Shown here in pieces: positions 1-7,446 of a stretch of DNA of 20,000 bases. The stretch lies in IMG/VR virus record IMGVR_UViG_3300047471_000190, one strand, 5' to 3'. Under the pieces are notes generated by a model. It saw only the letters and a program-made list of their open reading frames with translations. It did no database searches and had not been told where the DNA came from. The DNA comes from an uncultured virus (IMG/VR IMGVR_UViG_3300047471_000190) (lineage: Duplodnaviria; Heunggongvirae; Uroviricota; Caudoviricetes). Position 1 is the first letter of the stretch. The number at the start of each line of letters is the position of its first letter. Made by a program: the position numbers and the translations under genes.

Positions 1-2
1 TG

Positions 3-431
3 CGTGTCATAGCCTCGGAAGCGCCGGTCATCGCCCCTATTGAAAGTGCTGGCCTTCGAGGAGCAAAGCAGCAAGCAATTAACGAGCACAGATCAATGTT
101 TCCAGCGGAAGCGCCGGCGGGGGTGCGGGAGGTCCTGATACGGATTGAAAGCGATCTGCGTAGCTACGTGAAGGCGCTCGGCGAAGGTGATGATCTTGGG
201 GCCGTCTTGCTAGGGTGCGCCAACGATGCGGCAAAAGCCCTCTCCGCACAACCTGCACGGCAGACGGGGCGGGAGGTTTCCGACGATCGCGCGATGATGT
301 TGGCGCTGCGAATTTCCAGCGGTCAAGTCTCTGCGGTTCAAGGCGCGGTCGAGATCATGCATTACGCGACGGATGCAATTGAACAGGAGCGGCAGTTCTC
401 CAAGGACGGTGAGGAAGGGAAAACGGCATGA
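3..431 (+). CDS. Phage hypothetical protein, 5'-truncated by the window
   Basis: The frame of ORF 96..431 is open back to position 3; its stop overlaps the next ATG (ATGA 428-431). Confidence 0.65.
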   Translation, partial: RVIASEAPVIAPIESAGLRGAKQQAINEHRSMFPAEAPAGVREVLIRIESDLRSYVKALGEGDDLGAVLLGCANDAAKALSAQPARQTGREVSDDRAMMLALRISSGQVSAVQGAVEIMHYATDAIEQERQFSKDGEEGKTA

Positions 432-595
432 GCGACGGACGGCACCTGGACCAGCGTATTGCCTGCGTCATCGCCGGCGCTGAGATAGCGCGATCTGCTC
501 GTCGGATGCGCTGGAGAGAGGCGGTGTTAGAAGCTCGCATGTCCTACAGCCGCGTGCGTGACTACAGCTCGCCGCCGATCAATATCGCGCCGTAA
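428..595 (+). CDS. Small hypothetical protein (55 aa, MSDGRHLDQRIAC...), possibly the 5' part of a frameshifted gene
   Basis: ATGA coupling with the upstream gene and a purine-rich RBS (GAGGAAGGGA); below the ORF-track size cut-off. Confidence 0.5.
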   Translation: MSDGRHLDQRIACVIAGAEIARSARRMRWREAVLEARMSYSRVRDYSSPPINIAP

Positions 596-781
596 AGCAT
601 GAAGTACACGAGATGCTGCGGGCCATCGTCGAAGGGCGGCTGACAGCCATTTGCACCCCGCTTCTGATGCAGTTGGAGAAGATCGAGACGTCGATCAAGG
701 TCCTCAAAATCTTGGCTTCCTCATCGGGTCGAGGGGGTCCGGAAAGCTACGCTCCGAAATCTTATCGAGAGAGAATCCGAC

Positions 782-961
782 ATGACATCTGACGAAAGCG
801 AACTGCTCTTATTGTTGTCGCGGATGATGTTGCAGACGCGCACGCACGCAATGCCGTTATTCGATCCAGGTCTCGATCAGGGCCTGCGAACCCTGACCGA
901 AAAAATCCGAGCAGCTCGGTATGATGCTGCAGACGAGGAGAAGCATCTTGCCAGAGGCTAA
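782..961 (+). CDS. Small hypothetical protein (59 aa, MTSDESELLLLLSRMM...)
   Basis: GAGAGAG upstream of ATG 782; fills the gap and overlaps its neighbours in phage fashion. Confidence 0.5.
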   Translation: MTSDESELLLLLSRMMLQTRTHAMPLFDPGLDQGLRTLTEKIRAARYDAADEEKHLARG

Positions 962-1139
962 AAAATACACGGCGGAACATATCCGAGATATTTCCGAGAG
1001 GGTCTACCGCCACCGGCTCGGCAAAGACGATGTCGCTATCATGATCGCAAAGGACGGCGACAATGGCGAGAAGCTGCGCAGTCGCTGCAGCCACTACGAC
1101 GACCTGGTGCGAGATATTCTCGCCGTTGGAATCATCTGA
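948..1139 (+). CDS. Small hypothetical protein (likely TTG start at 948; ATG 921 is the alternative)
   Basis: GAGGAG at 935-940, 7 nt before TTG 948; in frame with ORF 921..1139. Confidence 0.6.
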   Translation: MPEAKKYTAEHIRDISERVYRHRLGKDDVAIMIAKDGDNGEKLRSRCSHYDDLVRDILAVGII

Positions 1140-1166
1140 AAATCGCCACGCTCCATGGAGGAAGAC

Positions 1167-2432
1167 ATGAAGACAGATACCCCGAAGACCTATCGCCTCG
1201 TCCGACTCGAGGCCAGTAATTTCCAAATTTTAAAGGCCGTCAGCATCAAGATCGACGGCACGGTTCTGAAGATCAACGGCCGTAACGGGCAAGGCAAGTC
1301 ATCGATTCTCAATGCCGTGGCCGCGGCGATCGGCGGCAAGGATGCATTCCCGGAGAAGCCGGTACGCGTCGGCGAGGAGAGCGGAGAAATCTTCCTCGAC
1401 TTCGGCGGCTTGAAGCTGACCAGGAAATTCTGGAACAAGGAAGACGGCGGCTTCACGCAAAGCCTGCGGCTGGAATATGCCGATGGCCGGCGGCCGAAAG
1501 AACCGCAGACAGTGCTCGACACGCTGCGCGGCTCGCCGATCGCGGATGATCCGATCGCATTCTCGCGATTGAAGCCGAAACAGCGGTACGACCTGCTGAA
1601 GCAGCTGGTGCCGGGCGTCGACTTTGACGACATGACCGAGCGCCGAGCGAACCTGACCGAGGACCGCACGATCGTCGGCCGTGACTTTGACAAGGCCAAG
1701 GGTGCGGCGGAATCGATCGTGGTGCCCGACGATGCGCCGGCGGCGCCGGTCGACGTGTCGGCCCTCGCAACCGAGCTACAACAGGCCTTAGAACTCAATT
1801 CCTCGATCGACCGCCGCGCGATACGACGAGAGGAGTTCGCCGAGGCCCTCGAAAGCAAGCGCGATCGTGCCGACCGGTTGCGAGCCGACCTGAAGCAGCT
1901 CGACGCTGAGATCCTCTCCGACCAGGCGGTGATTGATGATGCCGAGGAGCTGCCGACCAAGATCGACGTCGGCAGCCTGCAGCAGCAAATGGCGAACATC
2001 GAAACCACGAACGCTGCGGCCAGGAAGCGTGCCGAGAGGCAGCTGAAGGTCGCCGAGGTACTGCAGCTCGACGAGAAGTACGAAGCGCTGACGTCACAAA
2101 TAGAGGCGATCGACAAAGCAAAGACTGCTGCGATCGAGAAAGCCAAGCTGCCGGTCGACGGGTTGACGTTCGGCGACGATGACATCCTTCTCGATGGTCT
2201 GCCGTTCGACCAGGCGTCCACCGCGCGCAAGATCCGCGTGTCGACCGCGCTTCTGATGGCGATGAAGCCGGAGTTGCGCGTGCTCCTGGTGCGGGAAGGT
2301 TCGCTTCTCGATGATGAGGCTCGCGCCGGACTCGAGGCCGTGGCCGCGGAGAACAACTTCGTCGTGCTGATGGAGTGCGTGGGCGCCGGCGACGGCTCCG
2401 GGATTTTAATCGAGAATGGGGAGATCGTTTGA
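1167..2432 (+). CDS. SMC/Rad50/SbcC-like ABC-type ATPase with a short coiled coil
   Basis: N-terminal LEASNFQ and Walker A GRNGQGKSS; central heptad-rich helical region; C-terminal degenerate signature (QASTARK) and Walker B/D-loop (VLLVREGSLLD); RBS GGAGGAAGAC 1157-1166. Confidence 0.85.
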   Translation: MKTDTPKTYRLVRLEASNFQILKAVSIKIDGTVLKINGRNGQGKSSILNAVAAAIGGKDAFPEKPVRVGEESGEIFLDFGGLKLTRKFWNKEDGGFTQSLRLEYADGRRPKEPQTVLDTLRGSPIADDPIAFSRLKPKQRYDLLKQLVPGVDFDDMTERRANLTEDRTIVGRDFDKAKGAAESIVVPDDAPAAPVDVSALATELQQALELNSSIDRRAIRREEFAEALESKRDRADRLRADLKQLDAEILSDQAVIDDAEELPTKIDVGSLQQQMANIETTNAAARKRAERQLKVAEVLQLDEKYEALTSQIEAIDKAKTAAIEKAKLPVDGLTFGDDDILLDGLPFDQASTARKIRVSTALLMAMKPELRVLLVREGSLLDDEARAGLEAVAAENNFVVLMECVGAGDGSGILIENGEIV

Positions 2433-2737
2433 TGCAAGAATTTCGATGGCTGCCCGAAGACCCTACCGCCGAAATGGTGCGCGCCGCCCATAAAGACCAG
2501 CCGGACGCTATACAGATTGGTTTCGCGCGGGCCTATCGAACGATGTTCAGGGCTGCGCAGAAAGTGCAGCACCCGGCTATCCCGGCGTTGCGCGCGCTTG
2601 CGATCGTCCCGACACAAAAACCCGGCGTGCAGGCGGTGATTCATGACGGGCATCGCTGCCGCGTCTGCGCGTCAACGTGGAAACTGAAGCAGCCCGAACA
2701 GCACCAGGAATGGTGCGCGCTGAAAGAAACCGCTTAA
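2432..2737 (+). CDS. Phage hypothetical protein with a PxxPTxEM motif and C-terminal CxxC...H...C
   Basis: TGATG coupling; LPEDPTAEMVRAA...AYRTMFRAA resembles a common phage accessory-protein motif; CRVC...HQEWC. Confidence 0.7.
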   Translation: MQEFRWLPEDPTAEMVRAAHKDQPDAIQIGFARAYRTMFRAAQKVQHPAIPALRALAIVPTQKPGVQAVIHDGHRCRVCASTWKLKQPEQHQEWCALKETA

Positions 2738-2751
2738 CTAGATGGTCGCCG

Positions 2752-2937
2752 ATGAAAGTCACGGTTCGGAGAAATAGTGCGGCGGCGCGGGAGCAGATCG
2801 CAATCAATGCGCTTTGCCGCGCTCATGCCGACGCTTGCCGTGTCGGAGACCGTCAGCTTGCCCGTGTGCTCGCAAGTCGCATTGCGCGGGCGTGCCAACG
2901 AACTAGCTTAACTCAGCAGAATACGAAGGAAACGTGA
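2752..2937 (+). CDS. Small basic hypothetical protein
   Basis: ATG 2752 in ORF 2677..2937; stop coupled to the next ATG. Confidence 0.55.
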   Translation: MKVTVRRNSAAAREQIAINALCRAHADACRVGDRQLARVLASRIARACQRTSLTQQNTKET

Positions 2938-3107
2938 TGGCAGACAAATCACCAGGCATCGGAAGCCGTATCTTCATCCTCTGCATGGCTCCGATTGTCT
3001 TGGTATGGTGCCTCTTCGATGGCATACGCTTCGGGCTGCGCGAGTTCAAAAATGATTTCATGCGGAACTGGAAAACAGGTTCCGGCGTACACACTGATTG
3101 TTCCTAA
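2937..3107 (+). CDS. Small membrane protein (56 aa, one hydrophobic helix)
   Basis: TGATG coupling, AAGGA RBS; IFILCMAPIVLVWCLF hydrophobic segment; not in the ORF track. Confidence 0.6.
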   Translation: MADKSPGIGSRIFILCMAPIVLVWCLFDGIRFGLREFKNDFMRNWKTGSGVHTDCS

Positions 3108-3129
3108 CCATCACAGAAAGGTACCGAAG

Positions 3130-3369
3130 ATGGAAAGTGAAGCTCAGAATCTTGTGGTTGAAATCGCAGGATATGAGGCCGCGTCGAACGCCGGCTCTAT
3201 CGCGCTCATGTCGCAAGCGATCAGTCTGAAGCGAATCGCGGATGAGATTTGCGGAGTGCCCTATGATCAGACACTCGGCGCCGACAATAGCAAGCACCGC
3301 ATGGGGCTTGTCGACGGCATCATGCACGCGATCGAACAGGGCCTGCTTGCCGCCAGCCAGAGAGGATGA
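3130..3369 (+). CDS. Hypothetical protein (MESEAQN...)
   Basis: AAAGG upstream of ATG 3130; contains the phage-like AISLKRIAD segment. Confidence 0.65.
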   Translation: MESEAQNLVVEIAGYEAASNAGSIALMSQAISLKRIADEICGVPYDQTLGADNSKHRMGLVDGIMHAIEQGLLAASQRG

Positions 3370-3375
3370 AATATC

Positions 3376-3570
3376 ATGCCGAAGAAATTAGGGTATTGCG
3401 AAGACTGCTATTGGTGGGACAATTCGATGTCGAGTTCTCAGTCCGACGTCGAGACAGGCGCATGTCGCGGTCGTGCTCCTCGTTCGGATGACCGCACCAG
3501 CTTGGCTGTATGGTCGTTTACCGAGCCGAGCGATTGGTGCGGAGACTTCAAACCCGACGAGCCTTTGTAG
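3376..3570 (+). CDS. Small Cys-rich (CxxC...C...WCG) putative metal-binding protein
   Basis: GAGG RBS; CEDCYWW...GACRGRAP...DWCGDF pattern typical of small phage proteins. Confidence 0.75.
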   Translation: MPKKLGYCEDCYWWDNSMSSSQSDVETGACRGRAPRSDDRTSLAVWSFTEPSDWCGDFKPDEPL

Positions 3571-3593
3571 TGGACATCCGGTGCACAACTGAA

Positions 3594-3654
3594 TTGCGGA
3601 GTAGACGACGCTCCGCGACTCGCGTCTATGCCACGGCTTCTCCTGGAGGAAGCC
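3594..3654 (+). promoter_or_regulatory. Structured 5' leader: potential pseudoknot plus RBS-sequestering hairpin
   Basis: GCGGAG 3596-3601 pairs with CTCCGC 3611-3616; loop TAGACG 3602-3607 is complementary to CGTCTA 3623-3628; GGCTTC 3635-3640 pairs with GAAGCC 3649-3654 across the RBS. Confidence 0.4.
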
Positions 3655-3852
3655 ATGCCAGACGAAGTCCTCGACATCGTGAGTTCGCTTGCAGCAGCAT
3701 TGCCGAAAGAAGCCGACCCGCGGGACGAGCTGATCGCCCTCGGCATGGTTGCGACCGGCGTTATCTGCGCTACGGAGCAGGAGTCCCGCGCCGAATTGGT
3801 CGAGACTTTTTGCAAGATGCTGCGCAAGGGCGTCGCCGACGAGTTGCATTGA
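3655..3852 (+). CDS. Small acidic helical hypothetical protein
   Basis: GGAGGAAGCC RBS directly before ATG 3655. Confidence 0.75.
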   Translation: MPDEVLDIVSSLAAALPKEADPRDELIALGMVATGVICATEQESRAELVETFCKMLRKGVADELH

Positions 3853-3859
3853 GGGGGCC

Positions 3860-4099
3860 ATGACCGATTCCGCCAAGCTGAACATTGCGAAGCAGGCAGC
3901 AAAACTATTTCTCACTCAGATGGCTTCTGTGCCGGCGGACGTTCAGTTGATGACGGTCGAACTGCTCGCGCGGACGATTTTCGAAACCGGCATCAAGGCT
4001 GAAAAACGAATCGAACTCGCGGACCAATGGTTCGAGGGCATACGTGATGCCGTCGAGAAATCCCTCAAACCGAAAGGCAAGACCAGTGGCAAAAAATGA
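3860..4099 (+). CDS. Hypothetical protein
   Basis: GAGGGGG RBS before ATG 3860. Confidence 0.7.
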   Translation: MTDSAKLNIAKQAAKLFLTQMASVPADVQLMTVELLARTIFETGIKAEKRIELADQWFEGIRDAVEKSLKPKGKTSGKK

Positions 4100-4301
4100 A
4101 GTCACCGATGCAGCGATCGGCGCGCTGATACGTGCCAAGCGGCACGAGCGCGGGCTCGGGCAGCCAGAACTTGCTGACGCGCTCGGCGTCTCGTCGATGA
4201 TGATCCAGCACTACGAGACCGGCCGCAATTCATTGTCGATCCTGAAGCTGGTCAAGATCGCCGAGACCCTGAAGTGCAAAACAACGGACCTGATCCCATG
4301 A
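4086..4301 (+). CDS. XRE/Cro-C1-type helix-turn-helix transcriptional regulator
   Basis: IGALIRAKRHERGLGQPELADALGVSSMMIQHYETGRN...KIAETL matches the HTH_3 pattern; probable GTG start 4086. Confidence 0.9.
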   Translation: MAKNEVTDAAIGALIRAKRHERGLGQPELADALGVSSMMIQHYETGRNSLSILKLVKIAETLKCKTTDLIP

Positions 4302-4549
4302 GTGACCTTCGCAAGGGTGCGTTCTATTGGGCGCGCGTTCGACCGAACGAGCATCTTCCAGAATCCGAATGGCAGCCGGTGCGCTACACCGGCAAATCAG
4401 CCGACACTCATGCTCGCGAGGAAACGCGAGGCGACGAGATCCTGATCGTCGGCTATTCGACCGATACATGGGACTTCATCGGGCTTCGCTCAGAAGATGG
4501 CCACCACTTCGCCGAAGTGGTCGAGGTTGGCGAGGAGATCGTTCGATGA
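4298..4549 (+). CDS. Phage hypothetical protein (G.FYWAR...WQPV...W.FIG)
   Basis: ATGA coupling at both ends; aromatic motif common in phage small proteins. Confidence 0.7.
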   Translation: MSDLRKGAFYWARVRPNEHLPESEWQPVRYTGKSADTHAREETRGDEILIVGYSTDTWDFIGLRSEDGHHFAEVVEVGEEIVR

Positions 4550-4806
4550 GGAGGCTTGCCGCCACGCTGCTGTCGTTCGCGATGGCCGGCCAATGGGTGA
4601 CAACTTCCTCCGGCGAGCGCGTGTGTCGGCTTACCCAACCGATCGCGCGCGGCATGACGCTGCAAGTCAACTTTTGTGAGGACTGGCAGCCCGGTTTCAC
4701 GGCGCCGAAGGAATATCAGCTGATCCCGTTCTACCAGGGATGGGCGCGCAATCCCTACGGAGGCTGGCTGCAGATCCATGTCGAAGATGAAGGCTGGGTG
4801 CCATGA
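4546..4806 (+). CDS. Hypothetical protein, possible signal peptide
   Basis: GAGGAG RBS, ATGA coupling; MRRLAATLLSFAMAG N-terminus. Confidence 0.65.
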   Translation: MRRLAATLLSFAMAGQWVTTSSGERVCRLTQPIARGMTLQVNFCEDWQPGFTAPKEYQLIPFYQGWARNPYGGWLQIHVEDEGWVP

Positions 4807-4988
4807 CAGCGCGCAGCAGGACCGAACTCGAGCAGGATGGCGAGACGCCAGAAACGATTCGTTCGGCACTCGACGCGCTGGATCAGCTGAAGCCTCCGTC
4901 AGCAAAGTGGGCTGCTGACATTCTCGCCAATCGAAACGAGCTGCTGCAGGAGCTGCGCACGATCGAGACGCAAGGGAATCTGTTCTGA
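4803..4988 (+). CDS. Small hypothetical protein ending in QGNLF
   Basis: ATGA and TGATG coupling with its neighbours. Confidence 0.7.
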   Translation: MTARSRTELEQDGETPETIRSALDALDQLKPPSAKWAADILANRNELLQELRTIETQGNLF

Positions 4989-5419
4989 TGGTCGCCTATT
5001 CATACAAGAAACGCTTTGTCCCAGCGATAGCGCTCGGTCTCGATTTGAACCTGAATCCAGATGAGCTGCCGTGGTTGGTCGGGCTACCGATCGCCGCCGG
5101 CGTTGAGATCCGCCCAAAGCGACAGACCATCCGCGCCGATCGCAAGCGCCATGCTCGGCCAGGAGAGGACCTGCAGCACTACTGCGGCATGCGCACCAAA
5201 GGGTGCTTCCTGATCGGCCGCGCGCGGTGTGTCTACACGGTGCCGATCACAATCGAAGTTCTGAAGACTAAATTGAAATTTTCCGACTTCGTATTTGATG
5301 CTGACGCTTTTGCGCAGTCTGACGGGTTTTCCGATGCTGACGACATGCACGACTTCTGGCTGAGGGAGCACGGACCCGGCAAATTCGAAGGCGTTCTGAT
5401 CCGGTGGGAACCCATTTAG
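4988..5419 (+). CDS. ASCH-domain protein
   Basis: YSYKKRFVPAI...KRQTIR...RPGEDLQHYCGMRT...FAQSDGF...FW...IRW follows the ASCH/PUA-like pattern. Confidence 0.85.
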   Translation: MVAYSYKKRFVPAIALGLDLNLNPDELPWLVGLPIAAGVEIRPKRQTIRADRKRHARPGEDLQHYCGMRTKGCFLIGRARCVYTVPITIEVLKTKLKFSDFVFDADAFAQSDGFSDADDMHDFWLREHGPGKFEGVLIRWEPI

Positions 5420-5422
5420 GGA

Positions 5423-5449
5423 TGGATGACGACAAACTTTTAGTATAGT
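5423..5449 (+). promoter_or_regulatory. Putative promoter TGGATG-N15-TATAGT
   Basis: AT-rich intergenic gap before the nuclease gene; same architecture as 7380-7406. Confidence 0.5.
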
Positions 5450-5483
5450 ACCGACCGACCATAACCGGCCAATGGAGGAAGCC

Positions 5484-6584
5484 ATGCCGAAGAATAGCCC
5501 AATCGGGCGCATTGACGCTATCTCAACCGAAAAAGTATCTGACTTCAAAACTACGGCCGCGGCGCTGCAGCTCGTGGACGGCATTTATATCGGCCTGTCG
5601 GCGCATCGGTACCACGCTGATGAAGCGCTCGGCTCCAGCGGAATTCGCGATCTGCTTAAAGGTCCGAATCTGTTCTGGCACAAGTCGCGCATGAATCCGA
5701 AGTGGACACCAGACAAACAGACGGAAGGGAAGATCGTCGGTACCGCCACGCATCGCTTGCTGCTCGATGGCGCTGACCTGTTCAATGCGGAATATGTCCG
5801 CGGACCTTATGGGCCCAACGATGACGAACTGTCGTCAGCCGATAAGTCGGCGCTGACCAAAGCGGCGAAGAAGAAGCTGCTTGAAGGTCAGGAGCTACTG
5901 ACGCAGGAGAGCTACGATTTTGTTGTCGGCTGCAAAGAAGTCCTCGACTCCGACCCCAAACTTGCCGGCTGCCTCGACAACGGCCTGTCCGAGGTTTCGG
6001 TTTTCTGGACTCGCCCCGATGGCGTTCGTTGCAAGGCGCGGCTCGACAAGCTGAAGATCCGCGGCATCGGCGACATCAAGACGATCGCCAACGAGCGCGA
6101 GCGACCGCTCGAGCAGGCCTGCCTTCTCGACTTCGCGACCTATCGCTACGACATTCCGGCCGAGCACTACTCGGAAGGGCGCCGGCAGATGGGCGCATTG
6201 CTGGCCGCTGGAAAAGTTTTTGCTGGCGATGATTGTGAGCCCATCGTCGGGCCAAATATGTTCGGCGATATTGCTGTCATGAAATTTCTGGAGCAATGCG
6301 TCGCTTACAAGAACTTCGGCTTCCAGCTGGTGTTCATCCCGAAGAAGGGCGCTCCCGACGCGTGGTCGACCGTGCTATCGCAGGGCAATCCCATCCTGGT
6401 CGGCTCGACCGACCCGCTAGTGGTCGGCGCTCGCGCAGACATCGAGACCGCGATCGAGGCCTACAAGGCGGCCATGAATCAGTTCGGCCGCGGCAAGCGC
6501 TGGCTGCCAGGCCACGACGTCGAAGAACTCGACATCACCGACCTTTCCTACAACTTTGGCAGACTGCCGAGGAAAGCGCGGTAA
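5484..6584 (+). CDS. PD-(D/E)xK exonuclease, RecE/exonuclease VIII C-terminal-like (DUF3799-like)
   Basis: YHADEALGSSGIRDLL, GTATHRLLL, SEVSVFW...RCKARLDKL...GDIKT, Y..PAEHYSEG; RBS GGAGGAAGCC. Confidence 0.85.
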   Translation: MPKNSPIGRIDAISTEKVSDFKTTAAALQLVDGIYIGLSAHRYHADEALGSSGIRDLLKGPNLFWHKSRMNPKWTPDKQTEGKIVGTATHRLLLDGADLFNAEYVRGPYGPNDDELSSADKSALTKAAKKKLLEGQELLTQESYDFVVGCKEVLDSDPKLAGCLDNGLSEVSVFWTRPDGVRCKARLDKLKIRGIGDIKTIANERERPLEQACLLDFATYRYDIPAEHYSEGRRQMGALLAAGKVFAGDDCEPIVGPNMFGDIAVMKFLEQCVAYKNFGFQLVFIPKKGAPDAWSTVLSQGNPILVGSTDPLVVGARADIETAIEAYKAAMNQFGRGKRWLPGHDVEELDITDLSYNFGRLPRKAR

Positions 6585-6585
6585 G

Positions 6586-6744
6586 ATGAAATTTTTCGCA
6601 TTTCTAATATGGGTAGGCACAGCAGTAGCTTGCGCCTTTGCAGAAATATATCTGCCGGTGCGCCTAGCGATGCTTGTGGCATTCATATCGGGGCTGACAA
6701 TCGGATGCACCATAATGGTGATACTGCGGAATCGGAAACCTTGA
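6586..6744 (+). CDS. Small two-helix membrane protein (52 aa)
   Basis: MKFFAFLIWVGTAVACAFAEIYLPVRLAMLVAFISGLTIGCTIMVILRNRKP; visibly more AT-rich than its flanks. Confidence 0.65.
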   Translation: MKFFAFLIWVGTAVACAFAEIYLPVRLAMLVAFISGLTIGCTIMVILRNRKP

Positions 6745-6787
6745 ACTTCTGCCACCGCTGAAGGCTTTGCACGCCAGAGCGGCACCT

Positions 6788-6822
6788 GCCGGGGAGGACG
6801 CAAATGTCTCCCCGGCCTTTTT
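6788..6822 (+). terminator. Rho-independent terminator
   Basis: GCCGGGGAG 6788-6796 / CTCCCCGGC 6808-6816 followed by CTTTTT. Confidence 0.8.
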
Positions 6823-6841
6823 CAATTCGAGGAGATGACCG

Positions 6842-7042
6842 ATGGCAACCACTGCAATGAACCATGCCGAGAACCCGCTGCTCGGCCGCACGACCGTTCC
6901 GACGGGCAGCGCTAAACTGCTTTCTTGGGATGAGCTCGAATCCGCATTGCGTAATGCCGGCGAGGTTCAACCTGATGAAGCGCTGCCATGCTTTATCGTC
7001 GCCGACGAAGGCGTATGGCTCGTGCTGGAAAGCCCACGCTGA
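6842..7042 (+). CDS. Hypothetical protein
   Basis: GAGGAG RBS; stop coupled to the next ATG. Confidence 0.7.
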   Translation: MATTAMNHAENPLLGRTTVPTGSAKLLSWDELESALRNAGEVQPDEALPCFIVADEGVWLVLESPR

Positions 7043-7383
7043 TGCCTCCGATGGGGAAGCCCCTGAAGAATGACGGCCCGGCCTGCCGCGTATGCGGCTG
7101 CACTGCGCACAACGCCTGCCCGGATGCTCGAATCATGCCGCTGACAGCGCAGCAGAAGCGCGAGCGCTGGTCGCCCATCGCAATGACCTGCTCGTGGGTG
7201 AAGACCGAAGCGAACACCCCGCCGCTCTGCTCGGCCTGCAGCGGCACACCGCAGGATCTGGCCGAGGCCATGGTCCGCGGGCGCCGAATGCTGAAGCAAT
7301 CCGGAGGACTCGCGGTCGGGCTGCTGATCAAGATCAACGAGGCAGCCCTCGCCAGGTACCGGGCTCGCCAAAAAAGGGGTTGA
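7042..7383 (+). CDS. Cys-rich zinc-finger-like protein
   Basis: CRVCGCT..AC...CSWV...LCSAC, a recurrent phage zinc-binding pattern; TGATG coupling. Confidence 0.75.
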   Translation: MPPMGKPLKNDGPACRVCGCTAHNACPDARIMPLTAQQKRERWSPIAMTCSWVKTEANTPPLCSACSGTPQDLAEAMVRGRRMLKQSGGLAVGLLIKINEAALARYRARQKRG

Positions 7384-7406
7384 TGCCGGCCTCGGACTAC
7401 TATACT
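7380..7406 (+). promoter_or_regulatory. Putative promoter TTGATG-N15-TATACT
   Basis: Near-consensus sigma70-like hexamers in an intergenic gap; same spacing as 5423-5449. Confidence 0.55.
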
Positions 7407-7446
7407 GTGAGTTTAGTTACACCCCACACATGCGGAGGAAGACGCC

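Noticed and set aside
821..937. Near-direct repeat ATGATG(T/C)TGCAGACG at about 824 and 921
   Set aside because: Only two short imperfect copies, in different frames within coding DNA; not an array
1190..2653. 487-aa minus-strand ORF (similar shadow ORFs at 11134..12120 and 17325..18032)
   Set aside because: Antisense shadows of well-supported + strand genes, expected in GC-rich DNA with strong codon bias; no recognisable motifs
3571..3585. TGGACATCCGGTGCA resembling a sigma54 promoter
   Set aside because: GG-to-GC spacing is 9 nt rather than the required 10
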